Positions 1 through 13,400 of a stretch of DNA of 64,000 nt are shown one piece after another. The DNA comes from Klebsormidium nitens (lineage: Eukaryota > Plantae > Klebsormidiophyceae), in the NCBI GenBank assembly GCA_000708835.1, contig DF237216.1, positions 1 through 64,000 of the forward strand. The letters run 5' to 3'. The position numbers and the translations under genes are program-made. The notes below the pieces were generated by a model. The model was given only the letters and a program-made list of their open reading frames with translations. It did no database searches and was not told where the DNA came from. Numbering within the stretch: the stretch's first letter is position 1; every line of letters begins with the position of its first letter.

Positions 1-1889
1 AACGTACCGGACTGACCGTGACCAGCCGGCGGGATACCTTCGGCACCGGCGGGGCCCCGGGGTTTCTTTGCTGCCCGCCCGGCCGCCAAGTCCAAGTTCT
101 CTTGCGCTGGCTTTCGTAAATTCCAGCATGGTGGGCACGTGGCCTGTACGGAAATCCGGAAAGCAGTGACTGACCGAGGTAGGTACGTATATCTAAGATG
201 TGGACAGTGGGATCCAAGTCGGAATTCCGTCAGTTCCCGTCACAGCTCAGCCGTCAATTGTGGGTACAGCGGCCGGCCCGTGCCGCCTGGTGAGCCGTGA
301 CAGAGGCTCAGTGCCGGCGCTCAGCTGGCCCTCGATCCGGCGCTCCGGGCGCTTAGCTGGCCCTCCGCCGTACGTGAAGCGGCAAGCCGAGCAGGATTCG
401 AATTCTGTGGCACCTCGGCCCAGCCATGACGCGGGATTGCATCAGCCCTTTGGTCATCTCGAATCCGGCGGTCCCATTTGGCGGAAGCAGGCTGAGTCGA
501 AGGTTTCTTGTTTTGTTCGCCATTCTATAAAAAAGCGAACTGCGCTGAACTGACGAAAATGTCGGGAGGCTGGGAATATTTTGGCCGCCTTTTTGGAACT
601 CGAGTTTAAATTTTACACGGAAACACGTCTGAAGGGGCCACCCCTTCAGAATTAACTACCTATACCGGTGGTGTAATCCTCCGAACTTGATCCATGAGTT
701 CGAATTCTCATGCAACTTTGCAAGTGAATTTGGTCGCGACTTGTGAAGACCAGGCTCCTTTTTTGAGGAAGAAGCGCGATCATGGTTGCGAGATTACTGG
801 ACGTTTGCGACAGGCAATTGAAGGCTGATGGGACGTCTTGCCTACAGAGTCGAAGGCGCAGTGGATTGAATCGTGGAGAAGCGAGTACACGCGCTCCGGC
901 TTGCAGGAAGCAACTTCTAGGTGAGCTCTTCAAGTTCTGAGATGCATGATTGCTTGTTGGTGTTGCGGAAGCTGCTGGTGCAAGTTGCGCCTCCTTTTTT
1001 GCCGAATGAATTCGTCGAACATCATGTTGGCGGATATATTTCCTGAATCGTGCAGGAATGCAGGTGATGTGCATGATACACCAGCGCCAAGTTGCAAAAC
1101 GAAGAGCACGACAAAAAGCCCAGAATTTGTCCTTTGCAAAGCGATGTCTTCCTTAGACATTCTTGTGAACACATGGCGCATCTTTCTAGAAGCAGTGGGA
1201 GTCCAACTCACCGCTTCAGTCAGTGGTAATTCCACAAGTATTGTATGAGGTGGTTCCCTGGGGAGGCTTAGCACAGAACACACAGCCCCCTCTTTAATAT
1301 GGCAGCAATTCTAGCCCCCCGTAGTTGCAACAATCAGATGCCAACGAAAGCTGGCTCAAAATTGGTAGGAGATACATCTTGCAAAAATTTCCTACGGATG
1401 TATAGAACTGAGATAGTCCTGTTCAGTCTGGACTTCACCCGCCATATATGTTAGGTAATAAGGGATAGCAGGAAAGCATGTGCAGTTCTCTGAGAAAGTG
1501 GTACCTTAATACCATGCATCCACCACTCGTCACTATCATTTTGGCTCTTGCTTGAGACTGCCCTGGATGCCAGGACGAACTTTCAGCTTGGGCTGCATTG
1601 GCTCTTTGATTTTTGATTTTTTGTGTGTTGCAGGTCCTATGGGGCACAGTTGAGGTCTCAAAAGCTTGAATGAATCCAGAACATGCATATACAATTGCTG
1701 GGAGCATGGACTGCAAATATGACAGAAAGGTCTCACCTTGAAGAGCTTCTCTTTTGCTCCTTGACAGGTCTGTGAGAACGAGGACTGCCAGGGCAAGCCT
1801 GAAAGCTTGAGACTTGCGTGGATGGTGAGGAAGGTGCTCCAGCATGTAGTGGTGGGGGGCGGAGGTAGAAGACTGTACCAGCAGTCAGC

Positions 1890-4800
1890 ATGTCTGAGCG
1901 CGGGCTGAGTACCAGTTTACCGCATCCAGTCAAGAAGGAAATTAAGGAAGAGGAGTCCTCGGCAAGGCTGCCTAGCCGGGGCTCAGTAAAAAGCCAAGGA
2001 TGTCAAGCCACAGAGGCTATATTAGCTGCAGACGCATTCCTGAGTCAGGTAACACCCCATTTGGCACACGGTACTTTGATCAGCTCCAGTGTAGGAGCTC
2101 AGAAGAGGAGTCATTCTGTAGACAGTATTAGGCCTGTAAGAAAAGATCCCTCCACTGATGATGGCTGGTTCGCTCGCTCGTTTTCAGAGCCAGGCAGCTC
2201 AGCAACTGCAGGTTTCCACGGCGCTGGAGACGCCTTGTCAGCAAAGCAGTCAGACCCCGAGGGTCATCTCAGGCTACACAGACAGGCCACTTCAGACAAA
2301 GCAGTCCTTTTCTGTGATGAGTCCAGCCCTATGGAGGACTGTGCTCCTGCAGTTGATACTCAGCATGTTTCTCAGGAGGGGGCTGATGGAGGGGAAGCCT
2401 TGCCTGATTCAGCCTGGGGAGGGCAGCATTGGAATGCTGGTCAAGCTAAGGGAAGGGGGGGGCGGGAGGGGACTAGAAAAGGGCTTAACCTGAGCCGGGG
2501 TTCTCGCTCTTGGTCAAAAAAAGAGGACAGCATTCTGCTGCTGCACGTTGCAGCGCATGGAGAGGCGCACTGGAGAAAAGCAAGCGTGAGACTACAGCTT
2601 TTTCACCCCCTTGGTAACATTTTCTTCCTGACCTCCTGTTCCAACCAGAATCTCAAATTGCAAGCTTTTCTGAAGAATTGGCTACATAGGAATTGTTGGG
2701 TTTGACTGGACCATCCAGCGCCGTTAGATGTCAGGTCTGATGGCTCCGACATTGAAAGAGCGCACTCGCACTCTAACAGAACGATATAAAATGCATACCA
2801 AATCTTTCGAGTCAGCATACAAGCCAATAGACAAAGTTCGCAGGTGACCCTGCCATTACGATACCACTCGAGTTAAGCCTACATGAGGAAATTCATTGCT
2901 TTTTGGATTACAGGATTATGAGCCCTGATTCACCCTTCATATGCAAACAGCGTTTCTTCGTCACAAGTCGACAGCTGACCCTCTGAAACTGCAGGAAGTG
3001 TACGGGCTCAACCGCTCTGACAAGAGCTGCCGTCTCCGCTTCAAGAATCACCTTGCACCCAGCCTCAAGAAGACTCCACTTTCGGACGTAGAGTGGGCAC
3101 AAATCATCGAGCTGCACAAGCTTTACGGAAACAAATGGACCACCATCGCCAGCAAGCTCCCTGGCAGGTGACGCCTTTGATTCCATGATTGTCGTTGACC
3201 ATTTCAGTTCAGTCAGTCGTTTGAATGTTTCAGTAGCGTCGTTTTCCTGTCTTTGTGGTTGCTCTTTCCTTTCCCTTCATTATCGCTCCTGTCCTCCTCC
3301 TTGCTCGGGCTCTCAACTTTCTTGCATAAACATCTTGGAACGCTGATTGGTTGCAAGGTTTGACCTTCAACATTTGTGCGAAGAATGGCTTCTTCAGAAT
3401 TTTGTACAGAGATCGTCTTTGAATGAGCGGTGGCAGCAAGACTTGGTTGAAAAAGGTCGTTTCGAAGTCTGCATCTCCCTGCCGCAAGAGCATTCAAACA
3501 GCTATTTGTCTCTTGCTAATCTGCCGGTCCTGCGCTTACACATAACCAGCTCATAAGGATGAATGTTTTGTTAGATAATCTGGCACTGCATGACTGATGT
3601 TTGAAAAAGTGGACAATTCCTGGTTGAGAAATTCGCAAATCGTCTCCAGATTTTGTTGTGCTTCTAGGAGCCAGAGGCAGGGCGGAAGAAATCGGAAGAA
3701 ATGCTGTGTCGTCAGCCGGAAAGACGCTGCTGAGCTGGCACCGGCAACATTCCAAAGGGTAGTCGGTGCAAGCCGAGCTGAAAGTCCGTTTGCTGTGCTT
3801 CTTCATGCTACCGAACATTCAACCGTTCAGCTGGATAAAATTTCAACTTCTGCTCCCTAGCTAGAGCTTGAGTTTGATCGTCTCCTCACTTCCAGTTCTA
3901 CAGTTGCACACAAAGAATAAGACCTATGCTTTGACTTGCTCCTTTCTCGGCTCTGACCGAACGATCCTCTTTCCACAGAACCGACAATGAGGTCAAGAAT
4001 GCGTGGTACACGCAGCTGAAGCGGGCCGAGCGGAAGCGAAAAGAGCTCGACCTAGCGAAGCAGCCACGTTTTGCCATGGCCTCCAGCATCGAGTCCAACG
4101 AGCTGTCCACCAATCAGAAGCAGCGCCCGATCTCTGCAACCAGCGGCATCGACACAGAAGGGGACAGTGCGCGGGCACAATCTGCACCCCAGGGACGAGG
4201 CGCTAATCAAAGAAATACGGCGTGGGACCTCACCCAGGTACTGACGAAGCAAATAACGAACTTTTTGCGTTCTATGAGATCTTGGGGTTGACGAAGAGCG
4301 GTTGACACTGGTTTGTTGGAATGCTTTTGTTGCAGAGTGTTTGCAGCTTAGTCAAAAGAGTGTGAACCTAGAGACGCTTTTTCAAGTTAGCTTTGCGTTT
4401 TACTCTGGGATACTTCCACAATATAGAATCACGGTCGACCAGAGTCGAAGAGATGACCACCTAATTCGAAATTTCGAGTCGTTCTCTTACAACCTTCTGT
4501 TGCAGATCGAATTTCGACAGTTCAGCTTCTAAATACTTCGAAAGTAGCAAGCTCAACAACCTTGTCCAGTTTGACAGGCATGTAAAACCTTTTCTGCAGG
4601 AAGGGACTTTCAAGTTCCCTGCGGGAACGGGGAGTTCGAGCCTTGCTGGAGGATTCCCTCGCTACCCTTTGGGATACCCGCCTGTCTCTATCGCGCCACA
4701 AAGCGTACAGTCCCGAGCTAGCGAGAGCCACGGGTCATGGTTGGCGCAACCAGGTCCTGAGCAGCCATTCTCAGTGTGAGCTTCCTCTTATACCAACACT

Positions 4801-7800
4801 CTCCTTGCAATCTGACACCATGATGTCTCTAGTAATGTGCTTTCAGATGTATTTGCTTGGAGGACTTTAAGGACTTTTGCGGCTTGGCCAAGAAGAGCCT
4901 TCCGCTGAAGTAGTCTTTCTGAGTCTAGGACGCGAAAACAAGTGTGGCATTGCTTTAAAAAGGGAAGAAAGTGTCAAAGGGATTAACAAACTAGATTGAG
5001 TGCAGACCTTGCAAGGAGGCACGCGAATTGTTCTGAGGCCTGGTGCTGTCAAACATAGCTTGGGATTGATTTGGCTCCTCTTCCGCTCCTCCGAGGACTT
5101 TAAACATCTAAACTTGGATTTCGATCTCACGAGAAGGGTCTTTCTTCCTGAGGTTTAAGGTCGTATCATCATGGTGTAGGTCTATGAAGCTGCCTTCTGC
5201 TTGAATGCTCCACTTCTTCATTTCCAGGCTCCCTGTGACGCCCTTAATTTTCCACTTCTTGACAGGGACGATTTCCTCCTGTCCTCCCCACTGCCGCTCG
5301 CGCCAACTGCCCCGAGGATCGTTCCGGCGGAACGCTCCTCCGCTCCTTTTGGCGGCCCGTCCCCGCTTCAGAGCGCAGCCAATCCGCGGCCGCGGACCAG
5401 TTTAAGGTTTCCCTCTCCAAGGAGCGTCCGTTCCCTGACCAGTCAACCGTCCGCAATCAGCGTACCGTCCGCGAGCACTGCCCGGTTCCCAGCTCCCTCC
5501 ACCGCCAGCGGGCCGTACGGTTCAGGCGGGGCGGCCGCGAGCGCGCCCCTTTGGACGCTACAACAGCTCATGGCGAGCTGCGAGCCCGAGCCAGAGAAGC
5601 TCTCGTCAACGACCGCCGGGCCCCCGGCGATGTTCCGCTTTCCGCCCTCAGGGAGTCGGAATGTCTCAGGCGGACCGGGATTTTCACATGTCCCGGGGGG
5701 GACCTTTCCAAGGCCGACGGAGGCCCCTGCGGGGGGAATGAGGAGTCCCCGGGCCGTGAATGTCCTCGGGGGCGCGCCCTGGCGCTTCCAGGGCGACTTC
5801 GACGGCGAAAGCAGCCCGTGGCAACCGGTGCAGCTGAGGGCCGGGATCTGGACGGTAACCGGGGACAGCTGGGGCCCCGCCGTCCAACCGGGTGAGTCAG
5901 CTTTTCGCGCTCCCTAACCTAGCGTGACAAAGTCGTTTTCTCCGAGCGTCTTTAGGTCCTACTGAAGCGCAGCGGCTGCAAAGGACACCAGACTGAGGAG
6001 CCAAGGGAGCTTGACGAGAGCCGGAGAGTGCAATTTCTGAGTAAGAGCCTCTACACCCAGAAAAACATATAGCTCCGTCGTCTAGCAGAGCGTTTCCCGA
6101 AATACAGAACAATCACATTAGACAGGCTTGTGCTGGTGGATTCCGTTCGGCTTGCACAAGTTTTTTTGTCGTGCGAGTTTCGTATCCCAAGCAGTCACAT
6201 ATTGAAAGAGTGGACTTTATGCAAGCCTTTGAACTTGCAGTAGGGGATGCATCTGTTGATTCGGAACAGCTTCGCACCCAAAAGAAGTCAAATTCCATCA
6301 TGAGCTTCTTGCGTCTCTAGCTCGTCTCTAGATCTTTCTTTGCCGCCACGCAGCGCCACCCCCGTTCCGGCCGGTTGCAACGGACATCCGCCCGCGGACA
6401 CAGAGACAGCGGATTACGTCCCTCAGCGGCATGTCCAGAACCAACAACCTGCGCGTCAGAGTCGACAACCCGAGCGGTGAATACCCCCGGCAGGAGAATT
6501 TTGTCCAAAGCCTTGACCCGTGGGAAGGTCCTCAGCAGACGGAACTTCCGCAGAACCCGCCCTGGGATCCGGCGACCGATTTGAGCCTCGGCCCGGCCCG
6601 AGGACTGTCGCCGGTGCAAGCTCCGGAGCACCCGGATCAGGGGCTCGTGGTAAGTGAGAGCTTAAGCTGGGTAGGCCGTGCTTCTATCCAACAGTGCTTC
6701 AGGCTGAAGAACTGCCCTCGGAAGAGTTACCTTTTACTTGTGCAGGCTTGAGAGAGTAGCTTGGGTGATCCGCAAATAGTGATTGCTTTTCCGGATCCGC
6801 TTGAAAACGGTTATATTCTCGGTACGGCACGTAACTAAGATTGTTTGCCGCTCTCTTTCTTCGCTAAGTCTCGAAATTTTAGCGCCATCCTTGGAAGAAC
6901 CATTTTCGTGTGCAGGCTTGCGAGAGTTTCGATAGAGTAGCTTGGCTCGGCTGACTTCGATTGCTTTTTTGCAATCTCGCTCGAAGCGACAATCTCAAAA
7001 CGGCACGTACGTCGTTGTATTCTTATCTGCCGCTGTTTTTCTTTGCTGAAGCTCACACCTTTGGGGTATTCGTTCCGTGTTAAGGCATCCAAGTGAGGAC
7101 CAGGTCTCCCAAAACGCAAGAGTTCCGACTCTGAAACGAGTCGTCATCTAACGACGGTCTATCATTCAAAGACGGTCGCTTGTACGGGCTACCTATTGGG
7201 TTCCAAGAGCACCTTCCTTCTGACTTTTGTGGCAGTCATTAGTGCCTTCGACGCCCTTCGGAATGGAGGAGTTTCTCTAGCTCAAGCCGCACATCTCTGT
7301 GTTCTTCAACTGTGCCACGTAGGCTCAACAACTTCAAAGGCCAATTGTGCACTTGACTCTACGATTCCAAAGGCCAACTGTGCCACTTAATTAACGATTC
7401 CAACGGCCAACTGTGCCACTTGATTAACGATTCCAAAGGCCAACTGTGCCACTAAAGTCTACGATACTCAAGGCCCAACTGTGACACTCGACTCAACGAT
7501 CCCAAAGGTCAACGATCCCAAAGGCCTCGGCTCTCATCTTTTCTCTCCAGGCGCTTAGCCCGGTATCCACTACCCTACTGCTTCCGGTCTCCAGCTTCGT
7601 CCTCCCCCCGGTAGATCCGATTCCACCAGGCGCCGAGGGTGGGCTCCAGCACCCGGGGATCTCGCTCTCCCCCCCGCCCGACTTCTTCTGGAGAATCACC
7701 GACCACGTCAAGGACACCTTTGCAGCGAGCTTGGTAAGGAGACTCTCGCAGGATGCTTTGCTTCTAATCAGGCCGCCAGTGTGGTTGTCGGACAAATAAC

Positions 7801-8353
7801 TGTGCTCTAACGTTGTCAAGGTGTGGCCGCCGCCCCGAACCTGGTAACCTTCTTGTTAGAACCAGCTTCTAACAAGCCCGTAACCGACCAAGGTTAACCC
7901 CCAAACATGCAGGGAGTCTTTTGAGCAATGGTAAACTCTAACAATAGTAAGCTCCTGCACTAACAGTAAAAAGCTAACCCACAGAAGCACAGAAGCACCA
8001 CTCCGCACCTGAACCCACACTAACCTCCAAACTAACCCTACCCTTCCCAGGATGGTTACCTTACTACTGTTAAAGCTTACTATTGCTGAACTGAAGATTC
8101 TTGCATGCAGGCTCCCCCGGCTGCTCTAGACTACACGCGGTCGCCGAGCGTCCCTAACGATCTCGACTGGCTCGAGGCGGGTAGTGCGGTTTCCCGGGCC
8201 CCGTCCCTGGGAGCATATCCCGACACTTCGGACGTACGTGGCCTCCTGTCGGACGCCGGTGCGGACGCGGCCGCGGACGCAGGCGCAGAAGGGGACTCCC
8301 CTGACGAGGGAGACTTCCCCCCGTTGACCGGGAAGGATTACGAGGGCTTTTGA
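1890..8353 (+). CDS. MYB: Atypical R2R3-MYB transcription factor, spliced (~920 aa). Exons approx. 1890-2585, 2995-3167, 3979-4237, (4336-4361 uncertain), 4506-4775, 5266-5891, 6354-6649, 7551-7733, 8111-8353
   Basis: Spliced translation gives R2 SRSWSKKEDSILLLHVAAHGEAHWRKAS|EVYGLNRSDKSCRLRFKNHLAPSLKK and R3 TPLSDVEWAQIIELHKLYGNKWTTIASKLPGR|TDNEVKNAWYTQLKR, with phase-consistent GT-AG junctions. Downstream Pro/Ser-rich exons and an acidic last exon also join in phase. The MYB domain is secure; the 4238-4505 junction and the true start are less certain. Confidence 0.85.
6739..7070 (+). repeat. Two diverged ~170-bp tandem copies in a MYB intron, each starting with TGTGCAG|GCTTG
   Basis: Shared blocks tgtgcaggcttg / agagtagcttgg / gattgctttt / cggcacgta / tgccgct / ttc(t)t(c/t)gct recur at about 170 bp offset (acceptor-like AG ending at 6745 and 6915). 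Confidence 0.65.
7330..7525. repeat. ~33-bp minisatellite (aacgattccaaaggccaactgtgccact-type unit), about 5-6 copies
   Basis: Direct repeats of ccaaaggccaactgtgccac near 7335, 7367, 7400, 7433 and 7468, degenerating at 7501-7525; immediately upstream of the 7551 acceptor. Confidence 0.85.
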
Positions 8354-10429
8354 ACAGGGTACGGTGGCCCGGTTACACTAGAAAAGGGGGCCGGAGAGAA
8401 GCTGAAAAGAGATGAATGAGCGAAGCGCGTAGGGATAGGCTTGTAAAAGGAGCAGATTTGCGTTTGGATGGTTGAGGCACCGGGGCTGGGAGACGCGTCA
8501 AAAGGGGTTGCCGCAGAAAATTTTGCATAAGGCCTTTTTTTTGTTTTGGTAGCAGCGTCAGCTGGCGGCTCGTACGGCTTCGCCGCCGTGCGCTTCGGCA
8601 GTGTTTGTGGCCTGACCGCATCTTCCGTTGTAGGGGGCCTTTCAAAAGGTTGGAACGGTCTTCACATGCGGGGTATAGGAGTGTACAATTGTACAAGACC
8701 TGCTTAAGGCAGCGAGCCGACGCGGGTCTGCGACCGAGAAGATACGGGCCAACCAGTCTTCTCTGGTAAGCAAGCGATCAAGGCCTCGGGTATCAGTCAC
8801 GTTGCTTCTTAGCAATCAATGCCTCCGCACACGAACGGAAGGTGGGTGGCCCGCCCCCCTGCTGAACGGTAGCTTGGTAGATCACTGTAGTATGTTATGT
8901 TTGACTGGACCCGCTGTGATCAAGACTTATCGTGCTTTAGCTTGTGTAAGTTGCACATAACGCCAGCCGTACCATAGTAAAATAGCGCTTCGCGACCTTG
9001 CGCCCGTGTAGGTATAATTCGAGCATAGGTGGGGTAATTGATCGCAAGCGTTAAATGAATACTTGTGAGGCAGATCAATCAGGCACTCGAGTGGCAGGTA
9101 GGTAGGAAACGACCAGTTCCAGCAGATTGGGAACTTGCGTACCGATCTGGTCGTTGGATCACTGTATTGTATTGTATTTCTATATGCGTAATATGTATGC
9201 GTGGGAGCTCCACGTTCTTGACTTAACCTGTTAGGAACTGCTGCATACTCGCTATTCGATCGGACAAACGGGCTGAGGCTTGAGAGGGGATCTTGTACAC
9301 TCTGCATCCGATCCGCGGCAAACCCAGCAATTAACTGCCCAAGCGGGTCACCTTGAAGTCAGTGAAGTCTGTTCATTGATACATCGAACTGGCATTGAAT
9401 GCTCGTCTGGTGATGTGCTCTTTTCAAAACGCCGTAGCCACATGACTCAGCCATAGGCTCCTAGTATATGGCATACATAACTATGATCCAGCAGCCGTAC
9501 GGTATTAGGATCGCTTCAAGTTGTAAGTTCAAGTTCGTACCAGCCCGGCCTGCCGCAGTGCCATGTGGGAAGAACTATGATGTGCCGCCGGATTACTGGA
9601 GGCATAGAGCAATTTCCTGACCATTTGGATGTATACACATACCCTGCATGTGCATAGTATCTGGCACTGCGTGTCAGGCCTACGTGCAGTATATATGGGT
9701 GCACCGTACTTGATCAGCTTTGACTGCTTGCATTCGATGGTGTGACAGACGTTTCATAGGCAGGTTTAGAAGCACGACGGAAGTCCTGAAAGAAGCAGGA
9801 CAGAACCGTTCCTGAACGTCGGAAGCTTGTCACGGTCTCCGGCCTTGACTGCAGTTTCGTGTCAGAACTACTCTTTGTAATATGTTCGTCACACATGGTG
9901 AGAGTCGACTCTTAATCCTTCCTAGCTAGCTAGCTGAACGTACGACTCCCGCGAGATTGACCATGGTCGCGCCTGTTCCTTACATGCGACGGTAGAGTTC
10001 AAACTGCAAGGGCTTGATAGCCCCCAACCCAAATGACCTGATCCGAGCCTTAGCAAAATAAACCCTGAAAGCTTTCTACCCAAGTCCGCAGTCTAAGTCC
10101 CTCTTTCTCAGGTTTCTTCTTTCCACTTTACAGCTCGCCTGGATCGCTCTCGCTAAATGCTGAAACGACGTGGCCCTATTTCAAAGGCTTCCTCGACTAG
10201 CGCCTCTTTATATGTTGCATACTCTAGATGGTGACGGTTGCTGATGCAACTGAAAGGGCACTCCAAATCCTTCTATGACTCGACAGACCATTATATCATC
10301 CAGCAATTCTGACAAGATCCTAACACACCGCAAACCCAACACTGACTAGGATGCCGTCGTAGTATTGTACAAAGACTCTTTCAGTCTCTTTTAAGCAACT
10401 GCGACCATTCTCGTACCACCTTAGGCTTT

Positions 10430-13400
10430 TTACATACGGCACTTGAGGCGACCGTCCATGTTATCACACGCAAACCCAACGGTCTCTACCGGTACCGCAT
10501 CCGCCACGTCCAACCGGTCGCTCAGGAGTCGGCGCATGACGTTCATCTTCAGGACATTTGCTGCCGACTGAGCCGCCGCTACGTACCGGTTGAACTTGGA
10601 GTCGGTCGCCAGAAGGCCTGACGTCATGTAGTCGACGTCCTTGCCCTCGATGACGTCAGACGCATCGAAGCGTTCGGCGGTGCCGACGTCGGCCGCGGCC
10701 GCGCGGAGCGCGTCGCGGCGCGACTCGGCGAAGGTCTGGCCCAGGGCGCCGTGGACGGTTTCTGCAGATGGTGGCAGATGATGTCAGCATCTGACGTAGA
10801 GGAGCTCTACACATCGAAATCCGTTTGCGAAAGCGCGCAGGCAAAGCGGTTCGTACATGTTCTGTCTTATTTTGTTTCTCTTGTAAGAAGCAAGAGAATT
10901 CCAGAGTGAGATACAAGGTGCTTTAAGATGGACAGAGCGGGAGGGAAAAAAGCGAACTATTGACAACCTAGGGCCGTTCTTGCAACCAAAGAAGCGACTT
11001 TGCCCCATTGATTGGGCGACCTCATAGCCGATGGTCTGTCTCTAGCGGAACTTTGAACTCCATTGCACCAATACGCTATCAGCAGTTTCCAAGTGTCGAA
11101 CGCGCTCATTGGCAGGAGCTTTGACGATTGACAGGCTCAAATCACCCAAGACCGTTCCTAATTCGCAAAGGCTTCGCTTACAAATTCGGGAGACACGAGA
11201 AGTCAAAACACAGGATCGGAGACAGAGGAGAAGGTACGAATCAAAGGGAAAAGCGAAGAAGGGCGTCGAGCAAGTGCATGCTGACGTACCCGTGACGTAA
11301 AGCTTCTCAATCCTGATGTCGATGTGGTTTCCATGGGGGTGGTCGTGTTCAGCCGCGGCGACGGTGATGTTGAGGTGGTCAGCGATGTCGATGTAGTAGC
11401 TGCTGGCGTCAGCATAGCGGCGGACCGTCAGGCCGACGTCATCGTACAGGGTGCGACCGGTAGAGTTGGCTCCCGGGGCGAGCTCCCGGTCGCCGAGGCG
11501 GAAGACGAAGGGCGATTCGTTGGTCGAGAGGTCGGCGGACTGCAGGAAAAGTGTGGGGCGTTTGAGAATGATTCAAAATGCCCTTTGGAAAAAGGTCAGG
11601 ATTCGACTTCGAGTCAAAACATAAAAGCATCAGGATTTCGTTTTCGTAAAGACTGGCAGCTAGTCGGGAAGAAGGAATGTCTGTTCGACAACAGGTGCGG
11701 CATTAATACTCTGTGAGTTTTCAGAACGGAGAGACAACGTTGACCTTTGCAGCAGAAAGGAAAGGAAACACTGTGAATAGGTCACGCGCGTAGTATGTTA
11801 ATGAGGGTGGGAGGATAGAAGAGCACAGAAACAATGACAGCAAGACTTGAGCTCTCCGACGCAACCTTCTCACTTCAGATCCACCCGATCCTGTTCTCTA
11901 TCGCTCCTACAAGCAAATCAGTTGACCAACAAAGACATCCGCTAGTGCTGGCAGGTTGCTCGCAAGAGGCTTTGAAGAACAAGCGACCAACTCATCTCAG
12001 TCCCAGCACGACGTCTCCCTTTAAAGTCGGGTTTATTTATCGTGGACCGTTCGAGACATGGGTTGTCGAGCGAGTCCCCGTAACGGATAACCGATTTTTT
12101 GGGGAGTTTCAACAGCTAACATGGCGCACCTGCTTGACTTCAACGGTCAGCTCCCTCTCGTTGGCCCCTTCGTTCCATTTGAAGCCGAGAGCGGAGATCC
12201 AGGTTCCGTCGAAGCCGGTCGCCTTTCCGTCCTGGCCAATGAAGTGCGCGTTCACATTGATGTCTTTGTCCGTCACCAGGCTGAAGTGCTTGTCTGTGAG
12301 AATACACGAGGGGGATGTCAGAGGACGTATTCACACCGGGTTTTGATGAGCCTTGATTGGAGTGCTTGGCTTTGGGATTTGTACGGGAGAGGGGCTCAGA
12401 GGGCCGTGACCAATTGGAGCTACACTCAGACGCAAGACAGAGATGCGTCTCTGTGTGAACACGCGCAACCAGAGGGAGACGCGTGACCAGACTGAGGGAC
12501 TGATCATTCCGCCTGGCAGTAAGAAAAATCTGGGAGAAAGCAGATCCTTCGACGCATTCAGATATAGCGGAGAGGTCAGAACGAGGAGGCGGGGTGAAGA
12601 CAGAGCACGTGTTCGGGAGTAACTCACTGGGAAGTCCATGGAAGTCGTACTCGATTCCGAAGGCGCCCCGGAAGTGGGGGTCTGAGCAGGCAGTACCTGA
12701 AAGAAACGGAGCGACTTGATTCAGGTGTTAAGTGAAATTTTCAAAAGCTTCTTAAAGATGTGGGCTCTTCAAAAGCTTCTCAAGAAGAGCTTGCCAACGC
12801 AAAGCTGACAGCGGATAGCAACGGGAGTGAGTGTAAAGCAGTTGAGGGGAAGCTTTGGGATAAGTCAGCAGAATTTGATGGCAGATTGGATTGGGCTGGC
12901 TTTAGCGGGCTATCTCCAAAGGAGCCGTCCCGTTGCCTGCATTTCTCTAGTCCTTCACCCGTCCTTCATCTTTTTCCAGCTACTCGTGTGCTAGGCGCTT
13001 ATAGCACTTTCCCTCAACTTGCCGTTAGTGATGCGCAGACAATTCTTCCAACCAAAGGGTGCTGAATGAGACCAGCAGAGAGCCCCTTTCTTGATCCCCA
13101 AAACACTTCAGCTGCCTGGAAGTTCGGCTCTTGAATGAGCCCCCAAACAAGATCAGATCGATTTTGTTTGGACCTGTGCTCAACGACGATTCTTTCCAGC
13201 TGGACAACATAGATGGAACTAGTATGGGGAGCCTACCTTGTTTTTTAACGTTGCACTCGCAGTGCCACAGAGTAGACTTGTCAATGGGGTCAATCTGGCA
13301 CTTTTTCGAGCAGGCGCAGTCGGGGTCCTTGCCGGGCGTACCCGCAGGGCACGCATTGCATGAGAAGCCCGCAGCGTTGTTGCAGTCGTTGTTCACTCCC

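Noticed and set aside
7330-7525. Regular repeats considered as a CRISPR array
   Set aside because: Head-to-tail minisatellite without unique spacers, in a eukaryotic intron, with no cas genes.
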